NCBI GenBank assembly: GCA_038321985.1
Contig: JBBQFN010000018.1
Coordinates: 46,151 to 110,150 of the forward strand
Reading direction: 5' to 3'
Length of the DNA stretch: 64,000 nt
Source: Cyanophyceae cyanobacterium
GTDB lineage: Bacteria > Cyanobacteriota > Cyanobacteriia > Cyanobacteriales > Laspinemataceae
Shown here: positions 62,311 to 64,000 of the stretch, piece after piece
How positions within the stretch are numbered: the stretch's first letter is position 1
Layout of the letters: the number at the start of each line of letters is the position of its first letter
Program-made: the position numbers and the translations under genes
Notes under the pieces: generated by a model
What the model was told of the DNA's origin: nothing
The model's input: only the letters and a program-made list of their open reading frames with translations
Databases searched by the model: none

Positions 62311-62435
62311 AGTTATGAGGTACCGACAGTTATTAGGAGTGGGAGCATCTTGCTCGCTCTTGAAGATAGCGAACAAGATGCTCCCACTCCGCTACTGATT
62401 TTTATGAGTAGCTCATGAGTCCGGAAACCGCTATA
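62296..62435. mobile_element. MITE-like element with an internal REP palindrome, overlapping the kinase stop codon
   Basis: tatagcattttct...atgaggtac / gtagctcatgagtccggaaaccgctata, with an internal palindrome at 62336-62390. Confidence 0.65.
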
Positions 62436-62652
62436 TCACCACGCTGTTACTATTTTGTCAAGTATTTATTGCAGGTTGCCAACACTCATGTAGACTAAGC
62501 AAAGCGATCGCTTCTCTGGCACAGAATAATCGCCGTTGGTGACCCAAACCAAGAAGACAAGGCAGTACCGTGTCTTCTTATTTATTACAGATTGCCAACA
62601 GTATATAAACTAGAGAAACAGGTAAGCACAGATGTTCTCACCCGTTTAGCAA

Positions 62653-64000
62653 TTACCCAACAAAGAAGAAATCCTCTGAGGTAATCAGGGAAGCATTGAC
62701 CCCGTTAAGACTAGCAAGTAAATCATTCCCGGCATAAATGAACGCGCCAGTATTGCCTTGAGTTACCGTTAAGGTGGACAGGGATAAACCGGATGCAAAA
62801 CCAATCAGATCCACCCCATCGGTAAAGTCAACAATCAAATCAACTCCGGCATTTTGACGGATAACAAAGCGATCGCTACCAGCACCACCAACAACCGTAT
62901 CATCCCCCAAATCACCCAGTAACCAATCATCGCCATTCCCACCCATGAGGATGTCATTATCCTTGCCACCCCACAACACATCATCCCCATCGCCACCGTC
63001 GAGAGTATCATCCCCACGGTTGCCATAGAGGAAATCATTTTCAGCGCCACCGCAAACGATATCATGGCCATTGTCACCGAACAAATCGTCAGTACCCGTG
63101 CCACCCTTGAGGGTATCATCATCTTGACCCCCGTGGATGATATCATTGCCATTGCCACCATCAACAATGTCGTTGCCTTGGTTGCCATTAAGAAAATCGC
63201 TGCCATTGCCTCCTAAAATGACATCGTTTCCAGGTAATGCCAAGATAAAATCATCCCCATCCATTCCCGAAATGCCATCATTACCAGGAGTGGCAATAAT
63301 CGTATCATTTCCAGGCGTTCCCATCACCCGATTAGTTCCTTCAGGAATCACCGTTTCTGTGTCGCAGATGCTTGCCAAATCGGGAAGAGAAACTTCCACC
63401 ATTTCCACAGCTTGCTGCTGAGAACCGGCTGGAAAATTGGCCAGAAACTGATTGAAAATATCCGGTCCAAAAGGTCCAAGCGCATCAACTGAGAAAGGAT
63501 TCTGTGGGGGGAATACACTTAGTGAAAAAGTAGTGGCCACACTAGCCGTGCCATCAAATGCACTCACTTGAATCGTGAAAGTTCCCAGATTGGCAGTTGT
63601 CGGTAAACCGCTAAACGTACCGCTACTGGGGTCGAAGCGCAACCACGACGGGAGGGGATTGCCATTCTCTAAAGTTGCGGTAAAAGTGAGAGGATCCCCA
63701 TCAGGATCGCTAAACGCATCCGCAGGAATAACAAAACTAAACGGTTGTGATGCCGTGAGATTGGGGATTACCGAAGAAATAGGCGTTCCCACAACTGGCA
63801 GATTATTTATTAGGGGTGTAGTATTTACCGTTAAAGTAAAGCTATCGCTGATACTTTCACTGCCATCGCTTGCCGTCACTTTCAGCGTCAGAGTGCCGAT
63901 ATCGCTACCCGTAGGAGTACCCGAAAAAGTGCCGGTTGTCGCATCGAAGGATAACCAGGATGGGAGTGCCGACCCATCTTCGAGACTCGCCGTGTAAGTT
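62653..64000 (-). CDS. Putative Ig/cadherin-like domain + RTX Ca-binding protein, 5' part outside the window
   Basis: Repeated LPSWL.FD...TFSG.P domains and many GGxGxD nonapeptides. Frame is open to the window edge. Confidence 0.9.
   Translation of the reverse strand, partial: TYTASLEDGSALPSWLSFDATTGTFSGTPTGSDIGTLTLKVTASDGSESISDSFTLTVNTTPLINNLPVVGTPISSVIPNLTASQPFSFVIPADAFSDPDGDPLTFTATLENGNPLPSWLRFDPSSGTFSGLPTTANLGTFTIQVSAFDGTASVATTFSLSVFPPQNPFSVDALGPFGPDIFNQFLANFPAGSQQQAVEMVEVSLPDLASICDTETVIPEGTNRVMGTPGNDTIIATPGNDGISGMDGDDFILALPGNDVILGGNGSDFLNGNQGNDIVDGGNGNDIIHGGQDDDTLKGGTGTDDLFGDNGHDIVCGGAENDFLYGNRGDDTLDGGDGDDVLWGGKDNDILMGGNGDDWLLGDLGDDTVVGGAGSDRFVIRQNAGVDLIVDFTDGVDLIGFASGLSLSTLTVTQGNTGAFIYAGNDLLASLNGVNASLITSEDFFFVG

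Larger units (their letters stand above)
1..64000. repeat. HIP1 octamer GCGATCGC, highly iterated across the window
   Basis: Dozens of occurrences in coding and non-coding DNA. Confidence 0.95.

Noticed and set aside
1..64000. tRNA, rRNA, transposase or integrase genes
   Set aside because: None recognised in this window.

Overview
64 kb of a cyanobacterial chromosome. The HIP1 octamer GCGATCGC is very frequent, and the gene and repeat content fits a filamentous Oscillatoriales-type genome (inference). The left end has a 5'-truncated Toprim/SF3 primase-helicase and a stand-alone HsdR-N-type nuclease. These are followed by an unannotated array of four ~110-nt structured non-coding units, each with its own palindromic box, -10 element and terminator hairpin. 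The same box/-10 geometry recurs upstream of crtO and a glucose-1-dehydrogenase-like SDR. Next come an APAF-1/HET-E-like NB-ARC-WD40 protein, a TA pair with a frameshifted toxin, and a carotenoid-oxidoreductase gene with a 24-nt element inserted in frame into a HIP1 site. The middle holds tandem mgtE genes with a structured leader, a fluoride riboswitch upstream of a CPA-USP antiporter, crtO, and a probable split lysine-catabolic gene set (saccharopine-DH-like, ALDH, class III aminotransferase, DUF1338/HglS). Two hybrid kinases follow, one with an ethylene-receptor-like input domain. The right part has ureABCDG/urtABCDE with NtcA boxes, a PAS kinase and a truncated Ig/RTX protein. All calls come from reading the sequence and supplied ORFs; no database searches were run.
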